Positions 14,101 through 29,100 of a DNA stretch of 64,000 nt are shown piece after piece. How positions within the stretch are numbered: the first letter of the stretch is position 1; every line of letters starts with the position of its first letter. Made by a program: the position numbers and the translations under genes. The notes beneath the pieces are model-generated. The model did not search any database. It had not been told where the DNA came from and saw nothing but the letters and a program-made list of their open reading frames with translations. Source of the DNA: Catajapyx aquilonaris (taxonomy: Eukaryota); contig KZ537970.1 of assembly GCA_000934665.2 (NCBI GenBank), positions 124,001 through 188,000 of the forward strand, written 5' to 3'.

Positions 14101-17100
14101 AATTACCAGACAATTGCGAGTAACGAAACGTGTGATATTGCAAAATTGTCGCGTACCGAGCATCCTGAAGGCCAGAGGGACCATGCATCGTCCGCATAAC
14201 GATTCGGCTCCAAAGTTTCGTTCTCTGCGCAATATCGCTCCATTCAAATGGGATTTTGCCAGCCACCCGAGCGTCTACTCGGCTTGCAATTCGTCACGTT
14301 AGCAAATTGCATTAACACGGAGACGATCCTCCCAACGCTGCCCTGGCTCGAATTACTCCGTTTCGATTAGTCCCGTCCTAGGAAATGGTTCACAAATATT
14401 TGTTGCTGAAACTGGAAACTCAAACCTAGAACTTCCTTGGGTGACGACTAAATTCGTGCGAATGACCAATCTCCTTGCAGGGTTTATGCATATTCCAGTA
14501 GGCCATTTGTCCCGGCTTACCCTTCCATGTTTCCTACTGCGGAATAAATACGCCTATTATAGCAAATGAAGTCGTATTTTTCGCTGCCAATTGGAACCGT
14601 GCGCGGCATAGAGGAAAACCGCAATGCCAGGTTTCTCTCCCGGCACAAGACACGCTTGCTGAGCAGGAAAATAGGCCCGGCCTATTTGCATGTGCAGTAG
14701 GCCTCCTGGTGGACTTGTTCCGTCCAATTACACACATTTCCTTCCGGCGCCTTCCAAGAGGTGGGGTCCTCGGTTATCGCTGCTTGCTTTACGATCTCCG
14801 ACGAGCTGAAATTAACCGGGGGTGGTTTGCGGTGCAGCCGTCACTTTGGCTCTACTAGCCGAGTTTTTTTTACTTCCCGCCCTTTCTTTGTTGGAGTTAA
14901 GCCTGCAGGAGGTCACACAGTGTGGTGCAACATTCATGGGGGAGTTACGGTGCAAGCCACCGAAAATCCCGCCAACAAAGTCAATGATGGCACAATTTTT
15001 AATGACATGTTCCGGCAGGGTTCCTGCAAAGCCAGCGTAACCTTTTGATAATTTATCGCTCTCCATGCTTACGTGCTGTACTTATATACACTATACAGCC
15101 AAAAAGTAGAGACTAGATAGAAGCTAACGCCAAAGGAAGCATTAGGCTGTAAACTAATTGGCATCATCAGCTCGGACAACAAAAAAAAACCATGAATATT
15201 AGCACGCACAACAGAGGCCCGCAATAGTGCCTTAGTGTCAGCATCTCTTGGACCAATCTGGTCCCCAGCAACTACCTGTTGCGAATCTTTAGCCTCTGAC
15301 TTTGCATCTAATTTATGGCATTCATATCATTCCAGAAAATCCCATTCATCAAATCTCAGCATAAGCGCTTATTCTGCAGTTACTTTCAAAACATCCAATA
15401 AATGAACTGAATTTACTGATTCTTATATTACGCCCTTATTGAACCACCAACGAAAGATTATGAAGGTATAAATAATTACCACGTGTTTTATGTATACAAC
15501 AATGAAAAACGAGGTCAGGGACATACCAATAATTGCAATGCCATCCACGTACTCATCTTGCTTGATCAAAAGCATTCGGTTTTAATTGAAGAACTTAGAT
15601 AGAAGACGAGAAAGAAAAGGAGGAAGGCCTAGGGCAATTGTGGTTGAGCTTATCTGCGAGGAAATGAAACCTTTCCACCACAATCCACTCAGGTTTACAC
15701 CATTCACGCCTCCACCTATGGAGCTGCGTGACTTATGAGTGGCCCTCCCCAGTCACTGCCAATCGATTCACTTGATTATACGCGGCTCACCGAATTAATT
15801 ATTGGCCCGGAATTCTCATCCTTCTATCCAGCCCCAGCCCAGGTCGCACTATACTGTACGTCGCGTCGTCGTTGAATGAACAAATTTCCTGGGAAGACGA
15901 CTACTGAATTTCTGCTGAAATTATACGCCAGCTTGAAAGTTTGAAGGATTTTAAGTAGTGCTTTGCACGTTTTTAATTAAAGGTCCAGAAGTTTGGTCCT
16001 TCCCAAATTCTTACAGTATTCGGCGAAAAAAGGATGGTTTTTAACCTGGCTACAAGCGTGATGAGGGCGGTGGTGCTTAGAAGTGTGACGTCAATCACAC
16101 TCACCACTGAACTTTGGCACGACGTCAAGGGCTTTTAAAAAAACGGCAAGATGAAGGAGGGCCAGGAACTGATACGGAGGTTGAACCGCGCCTTCCCCTA
16201 GGGCCATTTCCTGATCAATCTTCAGGATTGAGGACCCGAGAAACACGAGAAAGTGATTTTGGCTTAGAGGTCAAGGCGGGAAAAAGCGATAAGGGAGAAA
16301 ATCTGTTTAAATATGAGCCCAAACCTGATTACTCTGGTAAAACGCTAAAAAGAAATGCCTTTGCAAAACTACTTTGCAAAAACCATATTCATCCAATTAG
16401 TTTAATGAGTTCCATCGGACTTATGTCATGGATCGGACTCTTTCTTAGAAACGTCTGGTTTTTTTCCCTTCGCTCTGACAAAACGCTGTGCCTGGCAGAA
16501 TTAAAACTAAGGAAGACCTTCATCGAATTCCGTCTCTTGAAATGTGTTTTTTTTTCCTTTTTCTTTTCTTTAGCAGCTTTATCATCCCAACTCCCTCTGG
16601 AACGACGAATTCTTTCCTTTCAGTAATGTGAAGCAGGGGAACTTCTTTAAAATCATTCGAAACTGCTTCCATTTTCCAGACTTCAACATCGCATTTCGAG
16701 GGCAAAGGCAAAAAGTGAAGGCAGGAAATAGACCTCCCGATAATAAGATTTGAGTCATTTTGAACATTATTCAGTCGTGACAGTGTGCCCCGGAACTTTG
16801 CATCCCACACTTTAGAAAGAGAAAAGATGAATCCCTGATAGGTATGTATATATAGGAACGTTAGGTGTTCTCTAACCTGAATTTCTCCCAGGATATCGAT
16901 CTGAAAAGCTCCTTGATGCTTATTTTGCAGCGCGGATACAACCAATGGGGGAGACTTAACACCGAGGTGAAACGTGTCGTGAAATATTGCCTGCGTTCGT
17001 CGTCCTGAGGCTCAAATGATAAACAACCCCAAGTTAGAAGAAAATCCCATTCCATAACGGCCTGCTCGTCCATCTTGCTGCCCTGAGCTGAAAAATCTAA

Positions 17101-20100
17101 AAAAAACTATTAGACTCGAGCTGTCCCAGCTGAAGGTTTCCCCCCCCCCCCCCTAAAAAGCCTGGCATTTTCCACAAACGGTCAATGCCAGCTCGTTTTG
17201 AGAATATCCCCAGGTGATTTCCCAAACCGTTTGGGTGCCAATTATGAAAAAGGGGTCTGTTTGAAGCCTGATTAAAACTATGCTTGAATGCAATGGATAG
17301 AGGGACACTCAGGTGATTTGCCCCCTCCTAAAAATCGATGCAAATGTGCGTCCGTTCTCATTGGGTTGCACCCAAATTGGTAGCATTGAGTGCCAGCAAC
17401 ACACCCCCAGCAGAGCAAATTGGCAACCAGCAAAAAAGGGGGTTCTAAACTCTAGAAAGCCGTTTTGTTCATAGATGGATGTCCCACAGGAGCCTTCTTC
17501 CTCTCCACCCCCACTCCATCGATTTTTCTCATTGTGTGGGCTCCAGGGAAAAAGAGAAAAAAAAACGTAGAAGGAAAAGGACTGCTGGCCGGATGCTGCC
17601 ATGGAGCGAATCTTCCCGCCAATTACTTGCTTCTGCTCCAGGAAAAAAAGAAAAAGGGCGGGGGATGTACATTCTGCGGCTCCTCTGGAATGCTTTTCGG
17701 TTTGTTTGCGGCTGCCACTCCGGACGATTCGAAGGCCCCACATCTCCATTTGCTTCCTTCCCCTTTTAGGCAACACTTCTTAGTTGGCAAAAGGAAACCC
17801 ATCGGCTGATTTGCACGGGGACTTTTGCTAACTGCAGCAGTAGGTTTGGCTTGCCGCTGCTTCATATGTTTGCTGGAAAGTCTCCGCAGTTCTCTGGTTA
17901 CAACTCGGCTTAAGAAAAGGAGTACTTTGCAGTCGCGTTTCAACCGCAGTTGCGAAGTTGCTTTATTACCGAGGTAAAATATGTTCATTCGAAATTCAAG
18001 TCGCGTTGTGTGGTTAGTACGAGTTTCCGGGTTAGAACAATGCTGACTAAAAGGTAGCATGTGCATCATATTCTGCAGCGAGTAGCATCAGTGAAGCTAT
18101 GATTTACTCTGGAACAGAACAAAATTCAACCAGCGTTACAAAGAAGGAGGACATAATTTTCTCTAGCTTCCTAAAAGAATCAGCTGTAAATAAATCATCT
18201 ACATACTCTACATCCACAGTTTACTATACAGATACAAGTGGTAAAGGTCAAACGTTCATCCGGTTCTCTGCACAGGTTAAACTCAATCGTTAACAAGTCC
18301 AGGTGAACATTTCCACGGAATTCAAATTGATTGGTTGATGGTCAATCAAACATGTTGCGCTTCAGTAAATGCCTCGTAAATTGACTCCTGACGGTGGTAA
18401 GCTGCATAATCCTCTCAATTCACGAATCATTCGCTTATCTCATCTGATTAGCATAGCTTCAGTCTCCCGTGCAGCAAGGGGGTGTAATCTAGTAAGTTAG
18501 TTTCAGGTGAGTTTCCGGGAAATTTGATTTACCTCTAACCATGCCAGGCTTTCCACATTGTTAGTCAAAAATATGGTTAATATAATACGCATGTACTCGT
18601 ATACGTGTGGATCTCAACACACCGAACCAGCTGCTTTGCCAAACGCCCTATTCATCTGGAAAGGAAGTTTTTTTTGGGTAGGCTACTGAATTTTATGAAT
18701 TTTAAAAGACAATTGCACTCATCCGTTTTATTTCATCTTTTCGCTCATTATTAATCGTCATTTTGGTTTCACGTCGTTAACTACAGCAATAAATTTATGC
18801 CACTAAAGTAATCAATTTAACTGGTTCATTCCATTCGCTTTGGTTGTTCTGCAGTGCATCATGCTGGTTGGTAGAAGTAAAATTATTCGCGTAAAAAACT
18901 TCACCTTTGTTCTATGTTTTTGTGCTAAGAATCTATCCATCGTCGTGGTGAATTATGAAATTAATGTTTACAATAGATAAAGTTCGTAACTGTGGCCTAT
19001 AAGTTATTGAAAATATTTCATAATGCGTGTGGCTCATTTGCAACACATTGCATGAGATTAAAGAGAATATATCGCTCCGATCTTTAAGAGTTTCTTGTTA
19101 GAGAGAGAGCGCGCGCTGAGTAACACTGATCAATGGGCAGAAAGCAATTTATTCAGCATAATATCCAGCGAGGATGTCAGGCAACCGAAGGGAAGGAAAG
19201 CTGTCCTTTGTTGAACCATCTTCTTGGTAATATTCCCAGTCAAGTAAAATGACGATCCACAGGTGTCCCTAATAATAACTATAGCCTCATTAATATTTCA
19301 AACGCTCCTATTCACAGAGCAGGAGACCTACACTATCACAATAGTAATGGTATAAGTGCACCGCGAATTAAAGTGCAGCGCAGCAGTTTTACAGTAATTA
19401 ACTAACTAATTCATGCGGGAAACCGCCGTTACATTTGCTGCAATAATTATTGCAGTCCGTCGGAATAACTTGGGTGATTCTGTGCATAACACAGCGTTAA
19501 ATTTTGCGTAACAATGAATCCAGATTGGACCACTTCAGTCCTGAAATTCACGTGAATAGCTCCCATTGTACACAAATGGCTGGCATTTTGTTGTCACACC
19601 CTGGTGCATTAAGAGTCTGCGCATTCCAAAACCTCAAATCCTCCATGAATCATTAGTCACCTCGTCACACTTCGGAAAAGTCACGCAAAAAATAAACACA
19701 CGCACACTCCAAAAAACACATATCCGTCTTTTTTGGACACGAGAGGGTATGCTGGAAGCAGTATTGATTTGGACCGGCGGAGGAAGATCAAACGCACAAG
19801 CCTCATCCCACCCACGCTGGCCACATGAGCTTGGTCCAATATGTGCCCCCCCCTAACCCTTCTCCCCTGCTGCTATTACCTCTCGGGCAAATAGTACGCA
19901 TTCGTGGAATAGTCTGGGGTCGGATCCTTGAGAACCGAGTCTCATTCCTCTTCGTTCCATGTTATATTGGGAGAGATTGTATGGCCAGTTTCTGAGAACC
20001 GCGGGTTGGAAGGGTCAGTTGATGGTCATTCCCGGCTCTCTCTCCTGGGGGTGTACAGAATCTTCACCTGCCACGATGAAATGTCAACAGCGATTGACCT

Positions 20101-23100
20101 TCCCGGTTGGTCATTTCGATCGGGTGCAGGCTCGACCGAGGCCATAATCATATTTCGATTTGTGGTCGACCCATTATTCCGCCTGATTTATCTTTCGGTT
20201 CTTTTTTCCCACGAGATTTACGCACCTCTAAAGGGGGACATAACGCGGTTTTACTGTGCAGTAGGTGGAAATGTGGGATTAACTCGGATACTGCATGGGC
20301 TAAGAGTGATTAAGGATAGACCAATTATTATGCATCTTTTAAGAAAATTTAAAATGTAAATCACAGCTACCCACTCTTATTCGATGCAAATAAAATGTCC
20401 TCCGGCAATAAAGGAAACACTGCTATCATCTCATGCCCCTTCGAAACTACTTTCTGAATAATTTCTACAGCCAAACTCAAAACATAATAATAATTGTATT
20501 ATTTCAATTAACAAAAGCGACGATAATTATAGTTTTTGCGAATCGTTCTACGCAATATAATATTTTCCGTTGATTCGCTCATACAACCGGATCTCACTAT
20601 TCTGTCTCAAAGCCATCTCCTACTGCGACCTCAAGATATATCGGGACGAGTCCGCAGGAAGCAAATGAGCCAGAAATAATTAATCCGCACAGTGGGAGAA
20701 GAAAGGAAAATGTTATATACTATTATATTGTTGTATTTTAAACCAAACATGTCAAGATCAACGTAATACTAGAGTTTATGAAAATGCCGCTCTTCGCACA
20801 TTTCGAAGAACTTAATACATGTTCATACAAATTGTTCCCAACATCTTGCTTACAAGGATATGATTGACATCAAAATAATTTGTAGCTGAATGTACAGTAT
20901 AACAAACAATATGCCAGCAGCTCAATATCACGATCACTGTACGATCCTAATGCAAACTATCCTTCGCAGTTATCCGCATGTCAAGGAAAATAACAAATAA
21001 ACTCCTGCCTTTGAACTTGCCGGTGAATAGAAGGTATCACAGAAACATTGAAATCAAAACGTATTCCCATGAAATCCCCTGACACGCGCCGCACTGGGTA
21101 ACGGTGTTGTTGAAATTTAACTCACGAAAAATGCTGCGGAAATAAGAGCAGATTCTGCTGACGGCATCTTGCCGTTTTCATCAGTGTCAAAAAAGTGTAT
21201 TTTCAGCGTCAGTATGACAAGTGAGTTGCCTAACTCGTAAAATAGCGTGGCAGAGCCGAATCTGTGTTGTTGGGTGAACTTGGAGCACATGTTGGCAGGC
21301 TGAATATGAAATCGGTGGAAGAAGCATAAATTCAATCCGACGTCAGTCAAGCTATTATTTTCCTAATCAAACGCGTGGACAGATACATTCCTATCCCTGA
21401 TAAAAATGTTAATCGTACATGACGCCAGACAAGTCGCTGGTTCCACAGTTTCCTCCAATACAGTACGGTATTGGCAATATTGGTTCTGCAACAAACGCCA
21501 CTGAGCCAGCATTTGCATTCCAGCATTTCACACATTCCGCAAACCCATTCTCGTCTGCATTGCAAAGACCCACCCTCATTAATATGGACGTAGCCCACCT
21601 CAATATTCCAGCAAAAGTAGCACGTACAGTGCAGGGTATTATCTGTTGAGGTAGGCACACTTATACAGCTGCATATCGTTTTAACACATTAATGCATTGC
21701 ATTACAGGAATAATTATCAAAGCACCCGTACACAAAATGTACCCTATATTACTATAATGTTGAGCCTGTGTAGCATGTCATTATAATCTGATGGATCAGC
21801 AATCCCATTAACTGCTGCATTCAGCCATTCTGATATACAGGATGTTAATAAAAGTAATAAATTGCAGCACCATCCTTCCAGTACTCTCACTTCAACTTAT
21901 ATTGGTAATAATGTACCGTAGTGGCCAATTTCATATATGCATATTTTCAGTATAAGTTTATTACAACATTAGAGCAGCATTAGAGATCCTTCCTTTAACG
22001 AGCAGAGTACGAAATTAGTACTCTTTCACCACCTGTGGAGTATAAGAGTACGCAGACTTTCAGACGTGAGCTTTTGCACTGAATATGTCGCATTGCATCC
22101 TGTCCTCAGCAATGAGCACCTACAGTATACATGGACATATACGATGTAGACAAATGACACCACTGTCTCCATTTGTTATTCCTAGTAAGTGAAAGGAACA
22201 CTATGAGGCCGACTTGTCCGCCAGTGTTGCCATAGAATAGTTTTATTTTATGAAGCGTGTGTGACTCGTCCCACTTGCCTATACACTATACAGTACCGGT
22301 ATAACTGCATTATTGTCACAGAATGGCCTGCAGCATAAATGCTCTAGTCAATAACAGACAGCCATAAAAAGTAGCAGTTTTTTTCAAGGAGCTGCTCGTG
22401 CTAACAAAATAAGACTCTTAGTGTTCACATCGACACATCCTATAAACGTGCAGAAAATAAAAATTAAATTCGTAAGTAACTATACACTTCCTCACCGACC
22501 AGATTTAGAAAAACCTAAGACACATATCTCAGAGCTTCACATTTTGTCGGGAACATTTTCAGAAATATATACGTCAGTCACACCATCCTCGGACAACCTA
22601 ATTCGCAAAGTTTGCCATCGTTGATGAGAGACTTGCAGTAACTCCGCACAGACGGACGGAGTGACATAACTTATTTGAAGATCTCGCTATACTGCAGGAT
22701 GAAACTTTCAGTTTTGATGCGCTGCACTACGCTGCAGAATCCAAATTGCGTCGAACTAACATCCCAACAAGTTTTCCTGCAATCCCATCAAATCAAGCCC
22801 AAAGCGTTGACAAGCAGCGAGTAAAAACCATTGCACCTTAACATTTCCTCCGGGATGAACAAGGGGGTTTACAAAAATAAATAAGCAGGAGGCAAATGAC
22901 TCGCAGGATTTTCGCCTGACAGTCTGAAAAGCAGCTCACGTAATCTGGCTGTAGTATTTCGGGAGGAGGAGATGGAGGTGGGAGGGAAGGAAGCAAAAGT
23001 CGTTAGAGCTGTAGTCTCCGGGAGGCGAATCACTATACAAGCTTCCTGGAAGAAAGGCTCTCCGAGGAAGCATCCTGGAGAAACTAGCTCCACCCAAATA

Positions 23101-26100
23101 GCTACTAGGAAGAATAAAGGCTGGGGCCAAAGGTCCGTAGCACACCCCAGGTACACAGTACGTGTCTCGGAAAAGTTTGCCAGGCTTGGTGGCGTCGCAG
23201 CCGGCCTGAGAAATTCGGGAGGGGACTCATCATCCCGTAGGAGAATGAGGGGATTGATCACGTAATGAAATATGCATGGAAGCCCAGTGGTAATTCACAT
23301 TCCACAACAGCGTGAGAGAAATTGCAAATGCTCATAATGGGATCTTGAATCCGGAGGAGAACCAGGTCGCTTGTGTAACGCAAGCCCTGCTTGCTTGGTA
23401 ATATATAACCCTTTCAGTTTATTACTTTCTTCCTGTAGGAATATAATAAGGGATTCCCTAATCGCCGCCTCCTGAAAACGCAATTCCCTAAATAGGATTC
23501 GCCCTTGCACACTGCACATTCATATTTATGGGTGATAGCGTCCACCCTACTGTTTTCGGGTGAAAAGGCAGACAAATATCATCATAAGTACTGTTCCACT
23601 CTGCTGGGTAATTAATGCGCCTGTAGAGACCTATTTTGCAGCGTGAATGTGCAAATTCTAATTTCAGTCAACAACGCCACCAGCAGTGATAAAAGCTTAC
23701 AAGCAGCTTGGTTAGCTGGCACTGCAACTATTCTTGACTACCATAATAATTATACTTCCATTACATACTCCATGGAGTAATTTCATAATCGCCTCTGTTT
23801 ACTCACCCTCGATTGACAAATTAAATCCGCCGCAAAGCCGGGGTAAATAACTACGCCATCAAGCTGACGTGGGGGAGGGGGGGGGGGAGAGCCAACAATA
23901 TATTTCAACCGAATGGATCCCCGCATGTTATCCGCTTTGATTTGTGGAAGATGCATGCTTGACATCAGACGCTTTACAGCGGTTTTAGACTGGCCTGAAA
24001 CTGCCATATTATATGACGTTCATGACCCCGCACTGTTGCCAGTGGGCCTCGTCCAACAGCCACAAAGTATCTGATGCTTATACTGGCACACATATAAAAC
24101 CCGACATTGTCATCCGTGAGCGTATTTTACCTCATTGCATTGGATCAAAATGTTGATCCGTTGTTCAAACAAATACTTGCGCCATGGGCGCATTTAATGT
24201 ATTCAATGGAGGTGACGCTTACATTGGAGTTACTTCCTGTCCAAAATAATAATACGCGCCGCATCAATGCCATGGGATGGTCCTAAATGTCGTGCGACAG
24301 AAACTTTTTAAAATTCAGCCTGCTTGCTGCTTCTGCAAAAAAAAAAAAAAGTTTCACGAGAAAGCGACATATCTGAAGTCCCATTGTGACACGACATGGT
24401 AGATCTCCTGTCGAATTCGAGCAGTCAGAAATGATTATAGAGGAAGGAAAACTCCGACAGCGACCTACGACTGTGTAGGTTTCTTGAAGAAAACAGCATC
24501 TTGCGTAACACCACAACTTTTTCCATTAATATGCCAGCTTTGTATCAAAGGGACACTGCAAATTTAAGTCAAAAGAATGATTTTATTCCTGCATTCGATT
24601 ACAGTTGTACCTGATGAACTGACCCTCATGTCTATACACTGTGAATTATTCAGTAAAACCTCGCAACGTGATGTACTGTATAAATGGGTGCATTTTTGAT
24701 GAGCAGCCATTATGGACAAAAGTCCCTGCTAACAGTGGTAACTAAGTCACTGCAGCTTTGGACCTAATAAAGCTTTCAGCATAAATAGTGCTGAATAAAT
24801 ATTAGACCAAGTTCTGACGAACAACCACTCCGCTCTTTACACTCAGGCAGCCGTTTTGCAACAGCAAGCGTTTCTTGCAGAGAAAAATCATTAACAGTAA
24901 CCCGGCAGCTGCCTTTCGAAGTAGGGTTATCATTCCTGTATGAATCAGTGTTTGCTTATCTTAACTATCTTTACGGATTACCACTATTTGCAAGTGACAG
25001 TATTAAAACTTTTCAGCGACACAATATGCAGCATATTTTAATATTCCGACTTTACATTACTTGCACAGTCATGCCTTCCTATGAATTCAGGTTTCACAGG
25101 ACATCACATGACCGTTCACGAATGATGACAAATCACCTGGTATATGCAGATTTTTGGATCACCTTACTTACTGGCACTTTCTTAATAATACAGTATAGTC
25201 TGTCATACTACTGCATAGAGCTAATCTCGACTGGGTTGATTTACTATAGTCTATACATATTATTAGATAGTTCGCACAAGATTGGCACAAGAAGTATTTC
25301 ATGATAGCGTCTGGATTTTCCGCTGAGTCGAGAAGTAACATAAGAATCTCCGAAAAGATAAGATACAAACCACAGACATGACTTTCACACTAAAAGTTGT
25401 CTAGAAATTCACATACTTTGAACACCAAGGGAAAAAGGGACTGCTATAATTAATTAACAGTGTTCTCGACAGAATACTCGAAATCTAATTAGTCCCATTT
25501 CCTGGCATCCTTGAACAAGCAAGTAAGCCTATACGTCTACTACTGTATAGTAGGGCTACTCCTATATAAATAGTGCTTGGAACAATATCCCCTTAAAATA
25601 CTGTACCCTATATGGCCTATAATTAAGCGTAGTTGCAGAGATCAATATGTAGGATAAGCAGGCACTATAATAACAAAATACAGTAGGCCTACTACTGAAC
25701 CATTCCCATCATAATTTTCTAGTAGTGATAATACGTAACTTACTGTATCTAGGCCTATATTTTAAACTCGTGTCATTGGTACTTTTCAGTAATGAACGAT
25801 CTGTAGATCTGAAGCATATTCGTAAGCCTTAATGCATTAGTCCTTTTCTCTCCTCTCATATTCTGGTAGAGGATGACAGCTAAAACCTCAACTCATTAAT
25901 CAAGCTGGCGTCAGTCAAAAATGCTCCCTTGGAATAATAGGCGTGGAAAATATCAAGAACGGCACACCAACTTTGTCATATCAATCTGCAAGAAACTTTT
26001 TAGCTCTTGTCATTTACACGGTCCCTTTTTTCCATTACTGTAAGCGTCGCTGCCAAGGCTCGTAACGCTGGAAGCAAACACGAGTTCTCTGGAGTGCACT

Positions 26101-29100
26101 GCCATTCAGCCCTGCCGATGACTGCCAAGGACCCTCAATCGAGAAGGATAAAATTCGGCCCTGCCTCTAATCACCACCGATTTAGCTGCAGGCGGCCCTT
26201 CTGAACACTTGTTTCTTGATTCTAATGTGCATGGCCTCCCGTAACATCTGCCAGATTTTTTGCATGCAAATTACATACCAAAGTTCGAAGCGATTAAATG
26301 AAAAACTCAGGATGTGCAGCTGGGAAGGTTATCTTTTTTTAAAAAAAGAGGCTATAACAATGCTTCTTCCTAATATGCACGTATCATTTCATTGCACCAG
26401 AATATCATATCTAAACATTACAATCAGTGCTTGTCTCTAGTGATGGCGTCATCCATTGGCGCAATGAAATATTGTTCCCTTTTGTTCACACGTCACAAGT
26501 GGCTGCATAATGCCATACAATGCTGCATTTACATTTCATAATAATGTGCACATGGACGCTGTCACACGAAAAGTTGGCATGTAGTACAAACGCTTTATTT
26601 TATGCCAGGGAATATAGTTTACATTTTATTGGCAAATGGCACAGGCACAGTCCTGCATACTAATGTGCATTGCAGTCCTTTCAGAACGAGTTGAATCGTT
26701 ATCTCTATATCACAGGATGCAATTCTGACGCCGAGAATCCCGGCATAAAATATGCACCCCACGTTTGATGCATGTGACCATACTAATCAAAACCATAAAC
26801 GTATCATACTTCAGCTACGTTATCTACACCTGCATGCATACAAATGCGTCCCATCAGAAGTCGTGCAGTATAGTGTGCTGCCTACAGTACAGAAGATTAC
26901 AATAATATGAGATCCCGAAATTGGTGTGGATTTTCCCTTACTGTGTGTAATTCGGTGGAAGGTAAGTGGGATCCTTCTAGAGGAAGACGTGACGGTCTCG
27001 AAGGATGACGCGCCTGAAACACAATATATCAAGAGTTGTGATTAATTCATACCCAGCCGGCATACCTCTACCGGCACTATACATGCTCGTTCAAAACTCA
27101 CCATTCCTGAAGAAATTTCAGCATACCATAATACAGTCACCAATCCTGCTGAATTCGAGTCAAACCATGCGAGGGAATAAAAAGGCATATTCAAAAATGC
27201 ATCTAAGCTAGCAATCATTCCAGCAATCCGCACTATGAACATTGTTATGTTAAAAAATGGAGGGAGGCGACAAAATCTTCTCTTCAGAGGAAATGTCGCG
27301 TTAAGTGCGCAGTTAACGTGAACCGAACGCTTATATTCTTAACTTTTGGTTGGTTATCTCCTCCCGACTCGCTGAATAAACTCTTCTCGTCGTAATATAT
27401 CACCTCTCCGGGGAACTTCATGAAGCGTGAGACTTGCAAAGGGGCATTTCACACGCGCGGATACGTCCGCCACTTGTCATGGAGATTCTGGGTTGCTCTA
27501 TGGAGGCGCAGGGTCTTAAAGAAATGCGCCTCCTGGCTCTCAACTTTAGCAGACTTACAGTATGACTAAACCCAGGGCTTTGGCTCGGTGCGCACTGCGG
27601 ATGGCTTTTCTGTACAATCACTCTGTTGCACACAGATTTAGCTACAATTTTTAACAAGTCAATGTTTTCAAATGTGGTTACTGTATGATGTAATCTGTAA
27701 TGGCTAGGATCCATCAGGAACCGTCAAATTCAACAGATTATTCGAGGTATTTTACTAGACTATCGCCTGCAATACGTACATGCTTCATTCTAATGGTTAT
27801 TAATCGACTCCAACACTTTCCCCTCTGTTAATATGCGCATTTACGAGTCACCTTTGTTATTGCCTATATGAAACGGTAATGCAATGCACTCCTAATTGCC
27901 ACGCCCGCTTTTAAACTCTAATTTAACTGTCCGATCTATCTGCAAGTTCCAATAGAGCCAGAAATCTAGAATCGTCAGTATATGACAGGCTTTTAACGCA
28001 TTACGGGCGAACAAAATAATTGGGTCCTACAATTTAGAAGTACAGTAATATGATTTCCCATACGTATAGTGCTAATTTCGTACTTCACAGAATAATCCAT
28101 ACCTGTATGTCTCCGCCCATATTCTTTAACTGCATTTAAATACCCGTTGTAATGAACTTTCTTATCACTTAACTCGCGCTCTCTTCCTTTCTTTCGGCGT
28201 TGACGAATGCGTACAAATCCTAAACTGGATCTGTAACACAGTCGACAGATCGCAGCCACTCTTGGCTATAGTGGAAGTAATCAAGAAGCAACCCAAAACC
28301 AGAATAAAGGTCTTGCAGCAGATGAAGAAGTGAGCCTACGCGCAGTTATATTATTATGTTTGGAATAAAGCATTCCTTGACTACCTGACGTCAATTGCAA
28401 ACCCCTTTAAAATCCGAAGAGGGGATGTATATATTTGCATCGAGAAATAAAGTTAGTGATTGTTCTCAAAATAAGGATTAGGAAATGCGTACAAATAGAT
28501 ATGTAAAACTCGTGATATTATTTTCAACTTAGCCAGTAGTAAGTGAGCAAAACGACGTATATGCTCATTCACCATTACAGTTTCCGGCATGTCCAGTTGT
28601 TCCGTGGATAGCAGTGGTGGTTCATTGTGAGGGCATCAAGTGGAACACAGTTAACATAGCCGGGTTCCAACGTAAGTGGCATCCGAATAAGTCATAGTCA
28701 TAAACACAGAATGATGATGTCATTCATAAACCGAACATAATCTTTATTCTCCTATGTAACGATCTCATAAACGTCCGCAGTTTTCCAAACACGCCAACTA
28801 AAAATAATGGCATGTCCCGTAACATTTTCAAAAACTTATAACACCCTTTATCATGATTTTGATCTTAGTGAAATGCCCATTTCATGATTCTGATCATGTG
28901 GCGTTCAGAAATGGTATTTAATTAGCCATGTACTGTACATCTTCACCTCTGTCGGTCTCAGTATTTGTCTTCCAGGTAAGGCGTACGTATGCATATTTGG
29001 TCGTTCAGTTTATGATCACCATGTAACTGCATCACCCAAAGTATCTTACTTGGCGCCTCAGAAGTTCAAAGTGACGGCGAGCCACTTTGATACGTCTCAT

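Noticed and set aside
16114..16626. 170-aa ORF
   Set aside because: Starts at TTG, has no recognisable homology, and ends in a T-run-derived Phe-rich tail.
21347..21660. Cys-rich overlapping ORFs
   Set aside because: The cysteines come from TG-rich sequence in several frames, and the spacing fits no domain I recognise.
23700..23725. Partial match to miR-34 (TGGTTAGCTGG)
   Set aside because: No seed match and no complementary star arm; I found no full match to the conserved bilaterian miRNAs I checked from memory.
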